64,000 nt of DNA, from positions 55,865 to 119,864 of the forward strand of contig CAWEKR010000005.1 of assembly GCA_963809615.1 (NCBI GenBank), given 5' to 3'. The notes under the pieces were generated by a model that was given only the letters and a program-made list of their open reading frames with translations, was not told the origin of the DNA and ran no database searches. Of the stretch, positions 56,277 through 64,000 are shown piece by piece; the first letter of the stretch is position 1; each line of letters starts with the position of its first letter. The position numbers were made by a program, and so were the translations under genes. This DNA comes from an uncultured Chloroflexia bacterium. GTDB lineage: Bacteria; Chloroflexota; Anaerolineae; Anaerolineales; UBA4823.

Positions 56277-57359
56277 ATGGCTAAAAAGTCTACCCCCCAA
56301 CAACACGAAATGGATGATGCTCGCCAGGCAGCACTGGATAAAGCGCTGGGAGATATCACCAAGCGATATGGAGATGGATCAATCATGCGCCTGGGAGAAG
56401 CTCACCAGCTGCGGGTCGAAGCCATCCCCACAGGGTCGCTATCCCTGGATATCGCCCTGGGAATTGGGGGTATACCCCGCGGTCGGATTACTGAAATCTA
56501 TGGACCTGAATCGTCGGGTAAGACAACCATTTGCCAGCATATCGTGTCTGAGGCGCAAAAATTGGGGGGAACCGCGGCGTATATTGACATGGAACATGCC
56601 CTTGACCCAACTTACGCAGCCAAGTGCGGGGTGGACGTAGAGAACCTGCTCATCTCACAGCCGGATATGGGTGAGCAAGCCCTGGAAATCACGGAGACCC
56701 TGGTGCGGTCAGGAGCGATCGATGTCATCGTGATCGATTCGGTGGCAGCACTCGTGCCACGGGCGGAGATCGAAGGAGATATGGGGGATGCCACCATGGG
56801 CATGCAGGCGCGATTAATGTCGCAAGCACTGCGCAAGCTTTCTGGGGCGATCAAGCAGACGAATACCTCGGTAATCTTCACAAACCAGCTGCGCCAGAAG
56901 ATCGGCATCATGTTCGGCAACCCCGAGACCACCACAGGGGGCATGGCGCTTAAGTTTTATGCGTCCGTCCGGCTGGACGTCAGGCGGATACAATCAATCA
57001 AGCTGGGAGCGGAGATCATCGGCAACCGTACGCGGGTGAGAGTGGTAAAAAATAAGGTCGCCGCTCCGTTCCGCACAGCCGAATTCGATATTATGTACAA
57101 TGAGGGGATCTCCAAAGCTGGCGACCTGCTGGACCTGGCAGCTGCGATGGAAATCATTTCAAAACGAGGCTCGTTCTTCAATTATGGAGAGCTCCGGCTG
57201 GGGCAGGGCCGCGAAAACGCCAAGGATTACCTGCGAGCGCATAATGAGCTGGCAGCAGAGATCGAAATGGCGGTGCGCGAGCGCGCGGCCAGTGGCGAAT
57301 CCGCACTTGGTTTTGGAAGCGTGGTCGAAGAAAGCAATACAGCTGACGGAGATTTGTGA
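56277..57359 (+). CDS. recA: recombinase RecA
   Basis: GPESSGKTT Walker [10 protein letters not shown], and conserved L1/L2 regions. AGGAG lies upstream. Confidence 0.98.
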   Translation: MAKKSTPQQHEMDDARQAALDKALGDITKRYGDGSIMRLGEAHQLRVEAIPTGSLSLDIALGIGGIPRGRITEIYGPESSGKTTICQHIVSEAQKLGGTAAYIDMEHALDPTYAAKCGVDVENLLISQPDMGEQALEITETLVRSGAIDVIVIDSVAALVPRAEIEGDMGDATMGMQARLMSQALRKLSGAIKQTNTSVIFTNQLRQKIGIMFGNPETTTGGMALKFYASVRLDVRRIQSIKLGAEIIGNRTRVRVVKNKVAAPFRTAEFDIMYNEGISKAGDLLDLAAAMEIISKRGSFFNYGELRLGQGRENAKDYLRAHNELAAEIEMAVRERAASGESALGFGSVVEESNTADGDL

Positions 57360-57814
57360 GCTGCGCTCTACACTCATATAATTATTCCATTTGCGCAGCG
57401 CGTGAAAGGAAATACAGTGCCAGTATAGCGGCGACGTAACACTGGTTTCATACTGCGTCACCATAAAACCTAATTCGTGGTTCGTATGTTTAATTAACCC
57501 CAGTTATATTGACGGTTCTGCCCCAATGCCTGCTCAGCATGGGAGTATCAGGTTATGCGCAAACCCCTACGCCATCCCGACCATCCAGGACTGGCGGCCC
57601 AGTAAGCTCGTTTGGACCGTCCAAGGTATGCAAAGGGCAGCTATCCCAACCGGTTGCATTGCCACAAAGCCCATTAACCATTTCCCTGCACTGACAGCCT
57701 GAAGATTAAAATTTTTTTATTCGATAGCCGGATTAAGGCATTATAATTTTGATAATTCCAGTTCCGAACTGAGATAATGATCAAGGGATTAATATTCTGA
57801 ATCGGGATAAGATC

Positions 57815-58870
57815 ATGGGAAAAGTTATACTCGTACTTTTCACCTTGCTGCTGGTGATCGGCGCACCTACCAGCGGAAAAGCTGCCGCGCTTCCAAGCGA
57901 ACCACCAGTAGTGCATGCCGTCTTGTTCTTCTCGAACGGCTGCCCGTACTGCACCGAGGTACTTACCAATACTCTGCCGCCCCTGCAGGAAAAATTTCAA
58001 TCCCAGTTGAGTCTTTTGCTAATTGATGTAGCATCCCTTGATGATATTAATAATCTATACTCCCTGGGTGATGCGCTTGGACTTTCCAAGGAGCAGGTAG
58101 CAGTGCCTTTTCTACTGATAGACCGGACGGCGTTAATTGGCGTCGAAGAAATCAATAACCGATTATCCGGCTTGATCGAGAAATATTTAAGCTCCGGTGG
58201 GCTGGGATACCCCGATATCCCCCTGTTGAATCAGATGCTGTCCAATGGAATTGTATTCACCTCGTATGACCCGTATCTACACCTCATCCCACCAACCCAA
58301 ACCCAATCGCAGAACACCGGGACGGTACTGGCGTGGGTCATCATGGCGATCATGGCCCTCGCATTGATCCTGTCGATTGTGATGATATTGCGAGCTTTCC
58401 GGGGAAAGCCTATGAGTGGACTTAAAGGCTGGCTGGACATCACCATCCCAATCCTATCCGTCATTGGATTGGGAGCCTCAATTTACCTGACCTATGTAGA
58501 GATGACACATACCCAGGCCTTGTGCGGGCCGGTTGGAGACTGTAATGCAGTCCAAAGCAGCCCATATGCCAAACTCTTCGGCTTGGTACCCATTGGGCTG
58601 GTGGGTGCGCTCGGATATATCGCCATCCTGGTGGCGTGGTGGTGGCGCCGATTTCGCACTGACGGGTTTTCCAAGGTTGCCGGTCCAATCATGTTTGGTA
58701 TGGCACTCTTTGGAACCTTGTTTTCTGTATATCTAACCTATCTCGAGCTGTTTGTCATCCATGCGGTGTGCATCTGGTGCCTGTCCTCTGCGCTGATTAT
58801 CACTGCACTGATGCTGCTCAGCCTGCCCTTCGTGACACAATGGCTGGCGATTTCAGAGGATGAGGATTAA
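57815..58870 (+). CDS. thioredoxin-like domain fused N-terminally to a vitamin K epoxide reductase (VKOR) homolog
   Basis: A signal peptide is followed by a Trx-like domain with CPYC (nt 57941-57952) and a linker TM. The VKOR core carries loop cysteines ALCGPVGDC and the active-site CIWC in the last helix. Confidence 0.85.
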   Translation: MGKVILVLFTLLLVIGAPTSGKAAALPSEPPVVHAVLFFSNGCPYCTEVLTNTLPPLQEKFQSQLSLLLIDVASLDDINNLYSLGDALGLSKEQVAVPFLLIDRTALIGVEEINNRLSGLIEKYLSSGGLGYPDIPLLNQMLSNGIVFTSYDPYLHLIPPTQTQSQNTGTVLAWVIMAIMALALILSIVMILRAFRGKPMSGLKGWLDITIPILSVIGLGASIYLTYVEMTHTQALCGPVGDCNAVQSSPYAKLFGLVPIGLVGALGYIAILVAWWWRRFRTDGFSKVAGPIMFGMALFGTLFSVYLTYLELFVIHAVCIWCLSSALIITALMLLSLPFVTQWLAISEDED

Positions 58871-58874
58871 ATAA

Positions 58875-60116
58875 TTGAGTGAAGGCAGCCTGACGAGGCA
58901 GTTCAATCTCAGGGACACTTTCGCCTCGTTAAAATATCCCAATTACCGCTTGTGGTTTGTAGGACAATTGGCGTCGCTGGTGGGCACCTGGACGCAATCT
59001 GCTGCCCAGGGTTACCTGATCTACGAGCTAACCAAATCACCCGCTTACCTGGGTTACGCCGGCTTTGCCAGCGGTGTTCCAACCTGGATCTTCACCCTTT
59101 ACGCTGGAGCGATCGCCGACCGAATGTCCAGGCGGACGCTGATGGTCATCACCCAAACTTCGATGATGATCCTGGCTTTCATCCTGGCGATCTTGACCTT
59201 CACCCACACCGTCCAGTGGTGGCATATCCTGATCCTGTCGTTCCTACTGGGAGTGGCTAACGCCTTTGATGCTCCAGCCCGGCAGGCATTCGTGCTCGAA
59301 ATGGTCGACCGTGAAGACCTGACCAATGCCATCGCCTTAAACTCAACCATGTTCAACCTGGCGATGGTCCTGGGACCAGCACTCGGGGGGCTGATTTATT
59401 ATGCGCTGGGACCGGGCTGGTGCTTCACCATTAATGGTATTTCTTTTATTGCCGTGATCATCGCACTGCTCTTGATGAAGCTAAAGCCTTTTGTGACGGT
59501 CAACACCAAGAACAGCACCATCAGCGACGTTAAGGCTGGGCTGAGCTATGTGAGGCACCATCCCGCAGTGAGGTTGATGATCTCCAACCTTTTTATCACC
59601 ACTTTATTTGGATTGGGTATCGTCACGCTGATCCCTGCCTGGTCGGTGACGGTGTTAAACGGTGATGCGAAGACGAACGGCTTCTTGCTGGCGGCACGTG
59701 GTATTGGGTCGCTGATCGCGGCGTTACTCATCGCCGCATTGGGGAGATTCCGCTCCAGGGGTAAGGTATGGATGGTAAATAGTGTTCTGCTGCCCATCTC
59801 GATGATTTTTTTCGCCTTTATGACCTGGCTCATCCCTTCGTTAATCGCCATTGCCGTCATGGGTTTTGCCTTCATGATGATCGTCAACCTTTCCAACGCC
59901 ATGGTGCAAACCCGCATCGCCGATGAAATGCGCGGCCGGGTGATGGGCGTATTTACATTTTTCTTTTTCGGCGCTTTTCCCATCGGCTCATTAATCGCAG
60001 GCTGGTCAGCAGACGCCATTGGTGAGCCATTAACGGTGGTCATCAGCGCGGTCATCTTATTGGTATTCGCACTGTGGGTCATCTGGCGCCAGCCCGCCAT
60101 GCGGGCGATGGAATAA
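58875..60116 (+). CDS. MFS transporter (MFS_3/EntS-like pattern)
   Basis: TTG start. About 12 TM helices. N-terminal YPNYRLWFVGQLASLVGTW is typical of this MFS subgroup. Confidence 0.85.
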   Translation: MSEGSLTRQFNLRDTFASLKYPNYRLWFVGQLASLVGTWTQSAAQGYLIYELTKSPAYLGYAGFASGVPTWIFTLYAGAIADRMSRRTLMVITQTSMMILAFILAILTFTHTVQWWHILILSFLLGVANAFDAPARQAFVLEMVDREDLTNAIALNSTMFNLAMVLGPALGGLIYYALGPGWCFTINGISFIAVIIALLLMKLKPFVTVNTKNSTISDVKAGLSYVRHHPAVRLMISNLFITTLFGLGIVTLIPAWSVTVLNGDAKTNGFLLAARGIGSLIAALLIAALGRFRSRGKVWMVNSVLLPISMIFFAFMTWLIPSLIAIAVMGFAFMMIVNLSNAMVQTRIADEMRGRVMGVFTFFFFGAFPIGSLIAGWSADAIGEPLTVVISAVILLVFALWVIWRQPAMRAME

Positions 60117-60188
60117 AGCCGCGGGGATAGGCGCCAGGAGACATCCAGGCAGGCAATTGGGGTGATTAACCGGCGGGAAGACTGGCAA

Positions 60189-60217
60189 TTGACGAAGGCA
60201 TGGGGAGATGGTAAAAT
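60189..60217 (+). promoter_or_regulatory. candidate promoter of tRNA-Glu
   Basis: TTGACG (60189-60194), a 17-nt spacer, then TAAAAT (60212-60217), 13 nt before the tRNA 5' end. Confidence 0.6.
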
Positions 60218-60230
60218 TCCGACGCTTTCC

Positions 60231-60303
60231 GCCCCCATTGTCTAGTGGCCTAGGACGCGGCCCTCTCAAGGCCGAAACACGAGTTCGAACCTCGTTGGGG
60301 GCA
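60231..60303 (+). tRNA. tRNA-Glu (anticodon CUC)
   Basis: Folded by hand. Acceptor GCCCCCA/TGGGGGC, D stem GTCT/GGAC, anticodon stem CGGCC/GGCCG with loop CTCTCAA, T arm ACGAG-TTCGAAC-CTCGT, discriminator A. CCA is not encoded. Confidence 0.9.
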
Positions 60304-60305
60304 TA

Positions 60306-60339
60306 GAACCCGCCAGCTCAGGCGGGTTCATCTTTCTTT
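60306..60339 (+). terminator. intrinsic terminator after tRNA-Glu
   Basis: GAACCCGCC-AGCTCA-GGCGGGTTC followed by ATCTTTCTTT. Confidence 0.65.
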
Positions 60340-60368
60340 GGCCATCTCATCCCCATGAGGGGATTTGA

Positions 60369-60402
60369 GGCCGAAACACGAGTTCGAACCTCATTGGGGG
60401 CA
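60369..60402 (+). pseudogene. tRNA-Glu 3'-half fragment (direct repeat of 60270-60303)
   Basis: GGCCGAAACACGAGTTCGAACCTCATTGGGGGCA matches the tRNA from the 3' anticodon stem to the discriminator at 33 of 34 positions. The single G-to-A change breaks a T-stem pair. No matching 5' half lies upstream. Confidence 0.8.
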
Positions 60403-60406
60403 CCTG

Positions 60407-60436
60407 AAAATTCGGAGTCCACCTCCGAGTTTTCTT
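60407..60436 (+). terminator. second terminator-like hairpin, after the tRNA fragment
   Basis: AAAAT-TCGGAG-TCCAC-CTCCGA-G followed by TTTTCTT. Confidence 0.45.
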
Positions 60437-60600
60437 AGTTGTAACCCGTGGCCAAGCAGTACGAACATAATAACGACCGCTTTACTATCACGCCACTCCC
60501 CAGCCAAGGGGATCGATAAAGCCATCGCACACGTGAGATTTGAGATACAGATGAATAGATATAGAAAAATCGCAGTTAATTCCGGCGATTTTTATTATTT

Positions 60601-61449
60601 CTAAAATTTCTCTACTGCCTGCACCTTCACCGGCGGATAGATTTGCCCCGCTACTGGAGGCATCGGGTTATACACCCAATCCACCTTAATTACGCCTGCC
60701 TTGATCCCTGCCATGCGGCGCATGCCCAAATACTTACCGCGTAGTAGCACATCTTCCATCGTAAGCGCCATGCTGAAGACTGCCAAATCTGTTCCGGTCG
60801 GGATAGCTTTCAGCTCACTTGAGTACACTGAAGTCGAAAAGATGATGTGCTGCCCATCCAGGCATTGGGTTTGTATAGCGGGGATGATCAATGGGTAACC
60901 ATCCGCACCAACCCAGGCGATGAATTTCAGGTTATCAAGCTTATTCAGGAAGCTGCGCGTCCAGGGATTGAGCACTTCTTCTTTTCCCGGCTTGTAACCC
61001 AGAGTGCGTGCCAGCAAGGTCTGGATGGCGGCAAAGACAATCCGGTTCATCGGTAAGGGTTCTTTACCCCTGTGGGAGAGCAGATCAAGGTAGTAAACCG
61101 TGTGTATCCCAAAATAGGCATTGTAGCGGAACATCGGCACATTGTTTAAGTAATCGTATTCCGGGCCTTCTTTGGCAGAATGAGTGAAGGTGGCTTTGCC
61201 GCGCCAAAGGTTTTTATCCAGGCTCATAATGAGAAACCCAGTTTTTGGGTTATTCAGGATATGCTGCTTGGATAGGCCTTCGGTGAACTGTCCAAATGCC
61301 AGCTGCTGCGGTGCACATGCCATCAACGATGAGATCAGCGTGATATGGGGAAGTCCTGCCGGGGTGACAGTCGCCAGCAAGCCAATTTTCATCGCCGGTT
61401 GAGTGCTCAGGATATCCTGGGCAGAAAAGTTGCTCATGGATGGGTTCAT
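60601..61449 (-). CDS. hypothetical protein, possibly tandem FMN-binding split-barrel (PNPOx-like)
   Basis: 282-aa ORF with GGAG upstream, 9 nt downstream of the activase stop. The two halves have similar length and a beta-rich pattern. The family call is tentative. Confidence 0.4.
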   Translation of the reverse strand: MNPSMSNFSAQDILSTQPAMKIGLLATVTPAGLPHITLISSLMACAPQQLAFGQFTEGLSKQHILNNPKTGFLIMSLDKNLWRGKATFTHSAKEGPEYDYLNNVPMFRYNAYFGIHTVYYLDLLSHRGKEPLPMNRIVFAAIQTLLARTLGYKPGKEEVLNPWTRSFLNKLDNLKFIAWVGADGYPLIIPAIQTQCLDGQHIIFSTSVYSSELKAIPTGTDLAVFSMALTMEDVLLRGKYLGMRRMAGIKAGVIKVDWVYNPMPPVAGQIYPPVKVQAVEKF

Positions 61450-61458
61450 AATCGACTC

Positions 61459-62427
61459 CTAAAGTGTAGCGCCCTGCCTGGTCACACCGGTGACACGGAC
61501 GATCTGCGGCTGGTTGCAGGCGGTTTCGGCGATCTGCACGCATTTAGCCAATTCGTCTGCGGTCATCAATGGTGTTTGGGCGTAATCCCATTCCAAACCG
61601 AGACGGGTATATTGGTCGCGGCACAGGTTGTTAAAGGCGCACAACTCCCAGCGTTCCACTCCTTCGCCCATCTCGTTACCAAGATAATATCCCAGGGCGG
61701 TCAGGTTGTCGCGTTCGGCGGTCGCTCCCGGGATGAGCGGTGTGCGGATCCAGAGTTTAAATGGCCAGGACTGGCTATGCTGCACATCGATCAGATGGAG
61801 CAGGTTATCCAGGATTTGCCTATTCGAGCTTCCGGTGTATTGGCGGTGGAGGTCGGCGTCAAATATTTTCAGATCGAATAATACCAGGTCGGTGAATGGC
61901 AGCAGGCGGTCCAGGGTGGCTGAAGAACACAGACCACAAGTATCGAGGGCTGTGGCAATTCCGTTTTCTTTCAGTCCACTCAGCACTGCCTGTGCAAAAT
62001 CAGCTTGCAGGGTAGGCTCACCACCGGAGAGAGTCACACCACCGCCCGATTTATCGTAATATACCCTGTCCTTGCGCAGCTCGACCAGGAGCTCGTCCAC
62101 CGACATCATTTTACCCAACAGCTCGAGGGCTCCTGCAGGGCAGGCATCAGCGCATTTTCCACAACCATCACAGAGAGCCCGGTCAATGCTGAGCCCAGAA
62201 GCTGTGCGAGTCAGGCAGTGGTTGGGACAGACAGATAGACAGGTATCACACCCGATGCAGCGGGTTGCAAACCACTGTGTCTGCGGTTTGGCTGAAAGGC
62301 TTTCGGGGTTATGGCACCAGGCGCAGCGAAGAGGGCAGCCCTTGAAGAACACCGTGGTTCGGATGCCTGGGCCATCTTCAGTTGAAAGGCGCTGAAGGTG
62401 CAGGATGCGTCCGGTGGGAGGCATCAT
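61459..62427 (-). CDS. glycyl-radical enzyme activating protein (radical SAM with two ferredoxin-like clusters)
   Basis: STEDGPGIRTTVFFKGCPLRCAWCHNPE plus CIGCDTCLSVCP and CDGCGKCADACP. 4-nt overlap with the GRE stop. Confidence 0.92.
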   Translation of the reverse strand: MMPPTGRILHLQRLSTEDGPGIRTTVFFKGCPLRCAWCHNPESLSAKPQTQWFATRCIGCDTCLSVCPNHCLTRTASGLSIDRALCDGCGKCADACPAGALELLGKMMSVDELLVELRKDRVYYDKSGGGVTLSGGEPTLQADFAQAVLSGLKENGIATALDTCGLCSSATLDRLLPFTDLVLFDLKIFDADLHRQYTGSSNRQILDNLLHLIDVQHSQSWPFKLWIRTPLIPGATAERDNLTALGYYLGNEMGEGVERWELCAFNNLCRDQYTRLGLEWDYAQTPLMTADELAKCVQIAETACNQPQIVRVTGVTRQGATL

Positions 62428-64000
62428 TTCATCTGATGGCTTTCGCGGGCGATGATCTCGTTCTGCAATTCACGCCCGATGGAAGTGAAATAAGCGTTGT
62501 AGCCGGTGACGCGCACCAGAAGGTGGCGGTAATTCTCGGGGTTTTTCTGGGCGTCACGCAGCAGGTCGGCATTGATCAGGTTAATCTGCAGCGCTGAGCC
62601 GCCGTTTTCGATATAGCCACGCAGGAAGGCATTGAATTTATCGCGGTGCTCTGGGTCGCGCAGCATGGATGGGTTGAAGGTCATCGTGTGGCTGCCACCA
62701 TTGGGCAACAGGTTCAGGTATTCGCCCCAGTCGCCCTTGCCATCCGCGGCTTTCCCACCCAGCACCTTACCAACCGAATTGACGTTGGCTGTAGGACCGT
62801 TGGTATCCGCACCGTTGGAGGGGCATAGGGCATTCGACAGGAATTTACCTTGCGGACGCCCGTCTGGGCTAGCTGGAAGAATGAAAGAATCCGCCACCCA
62901 GTAGTTCCAGCTTAACATCCCGGGGCGGAACCGGCGACTAGTGGACTGTGTGCGGTACTTCCAGGTTTCTTCGGTCCAGAGCTCCATCACCTGGCGTGCA
63001 AGGTCGTCGGCGGCATCATCGTCACGGCCATATTTCGGAGCCTTGTGCAGGGCGCGTGCCTGCAAGATTTCATGACCCACCCAGTTATCACGCAGTGCCT
63101 GAACAAGCTCTGCCAGGGTACAGAACTTTTGATCATACACCAAATACTTCACCGACAGGAGTGAATCCACCGTTGTGGCATACGTGACCGCCTCGATGGT
63201 GACATAGCCCAGCTCTGCGCCACCCTCCGTAATATCCAATCCCTTCTGAGCGCAGCCTTTGACCAGGCAGGAGACGTACGGGGTGGGGTTAAAGTGCGCC
63301 CGCAAGGATTCGCTCTGCTCGTAAAGAGCCACAATCCGCCGGATGATCGCCCGGGTCTGGGCAGCATAAGCCTGCCAAAATTGTTCCCAAGTAACCAATT
63401 GGGTTGGGTCGCCAGTAGCTTCACCCCACCGTTTGGCCTGCTCCACCTTACCGGTCATCGGGTCGGTAAAAGGCAGTAGATCATAACCGCCAGTCAGGGT
63501 CAGCTCCACCGCTTTCAGTAAGTTGAGGTTGGCGTCCACAGTGCCAGAACGATCATTGCCGACCATCGTATTCTCCAGGCAGCCTACCGGGGCGTAGTCG
63601 AATACATTTTGTTCGTTAATGAGCTGGGATACTCCCGACTTTTTCGCCTGGAGCATCATCCCGGCCATCGAACGTTCATCAAAATTAAGCAAAAAAGGTG
63701 ACCCCTGGCTGGAAGCGATCATATCCACCACACGGGTGAGAAGTTTTTCGGGCGAATTACGGTGCAGGCGCACGTTTGGCTTGGGTTCCAGGATGGGGGA
63801 CATTTCGTCGATCACATCCAGCAGGATATAGGTCAGGTCATTTGACATGTCGAGCCCGGCGGCACCCATACCTGAAATCGTAAACAGCTGGCCATACCCA
63901 GCCGTTATGCCCTGATTGCCACCAGTGCGGATCATGCTATCGTAAGCTGTGTTGCAGTGGATCCAGAAGCACTTCAGAATTTCCTTGCCCAATTCCGGGT
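62424..64000 (-). CDS. glycyl radical enzyme, PFL2/glycerol-dehydratase-like class (C-terminal ~525 aa; N-terminus beyond the window)
   Basis: Glycyl radical motif RVTGY (62499-62513) near the C-terminus. Cys loop APVGCLEN (Cys codon 63579-63581). The reading frame stays open to the window edge, so the ATG at 63992 is internal. Confidence 0.9.
   Translation of the reverse strand, partial: PELGKEILKCFWIHCNTAYDSMIRTGGNQGITAGYGQLFTISGMGAAGLDMSNDLTYILLDVIDEMSPILEPKPNVRLHRNSPEKLLTRVVDMIASSQGSPFLLNFDERSMAGMMLQAKKSGVSQLINEQNVFDYAPVGCLENTMVGNDRSGTVDANLNLLKAVELTLTGGYDLLPFTDPMTGKVEQAKRWGEATGDPTQLVTWEQFWQAYAAQTRAIIRRIVALYEQSESLRAHFNPTPYVSCLVKGCAQKGLDITEGGAELGYVTIEAVTYATTVDSLLSVKYLVYDQKFCTLAELVQALRDNWVGHEILQARALHKAPKYGRDDDAADDLARQVMELWTEETWKYRTQSTSRRFRPGMLSWNYWVADSFILPASPDGRPQGKFLSNALCPSNGADTNGPTANVNSVGKVLGGKAADGKGDWGEYLNLLPNGGSHTMTFNPSMLRDPEHRDKFNAFLRGYIENGGSALQINLINADLLRDAQKNPENYRHLLVRVTGYNAYFTSIGRELQNEIIARESHQMK

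Noticed and set aside
57509-57694. 61-aa ORF downstream of recA as a possible recX-like or regulatory gene.
   Set aside because: It uses a non-ATG start, lacks an SD, gives a Pro/Ser-rich low-complexity translation and bears no resemblance to RecX.
60330-60402. A possible second complete tRNA gene after tRNA-Glu.
   Set aside because: Only the 3' 34 nt are present. No GCCCCCA acceptor 5' strand, D arm or anticodon loop can be found in the ~40 nt upstream, and the one mismatch disrupts the T stem.
1-64000. A search for known defence systems, toxin-antitoxin pairs, retrons, integrases, transposases and prophage genes.
   Set aside because: None of the translated ORFs shows the corresponding hallmark motifs. 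Apart from the tRNA scar and the REP elements, the window looks like core chromosome.

Overview
GC-rich chromosomal window with about 46 protein genes and one tRNA. I recognise no transposase, integrase, phage gene, CRISPR array or known defence system. The gene content suggests a Chloroflexota, probably Anaerolineae-like, genome; this is an inference from the Chlor_Arch_YYY/DUF2298 membrane proteins, the mevalonate kinase plus isopentenyl phosphate kinase pair, and the frequent GGAGG ribosome-binding sites.

Layout:
- 0-6.7 kb: small redox and stress-type genes separated by copies of a palindromic REP-like element.
- 6.7-34.3 kb: one uninterrupted minus-strand run. It holds rpoC (no rpoB upstream), an orphan multidomain sensor kinase, plsC and cmk. 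These are followed by a ~16 kb cluster of giant GT-C-like/YYY membrane proteins, two SAM methyltransferases, a GT4 and a flippase-like protein, and finally lepA.
- 34.3-39.6 kb: tlyA, then a plus-strand block of a UbiA (DPPR-synthase-like) gene, mvk, an IPK gene, a dGTPase-like gene and greA.
- 39.7-41.5 kb: an unknown two-TM protein and a 0.7 kb hairpin-rich non-coding region.
- 41.5-47.7 kb: topA, dprA, rimM, a KH protein, rpsP and ffh.
- 47.9-60.1 kb: DegV, a DUF1015-like protein, a 7-repeat Cys-rich secreted protein, a TolB-like propeller, an M23 peptidase, recA, a thioredoxin-VKOR fusion and an MFS transporter.
- 60.2-60.4 kb: tRNA-Glu(CUC) followed by a duplicated tRNA 3' half.
- 60.6-64.0 kb: a glycyl-radical-enzyme locus that runs off the window.

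The best candidate for an undescribed system is the GT-C/YYY envelope cluster at 16.1-32.5 kb, possibly fed by the nearby polyprenyl-phosphate and mevalonate genes. The truncated glycyl-radical enzyme locus is a second candidate. All functional calls come from motif and family recognition by eye on the supplied translations; no database search was run.
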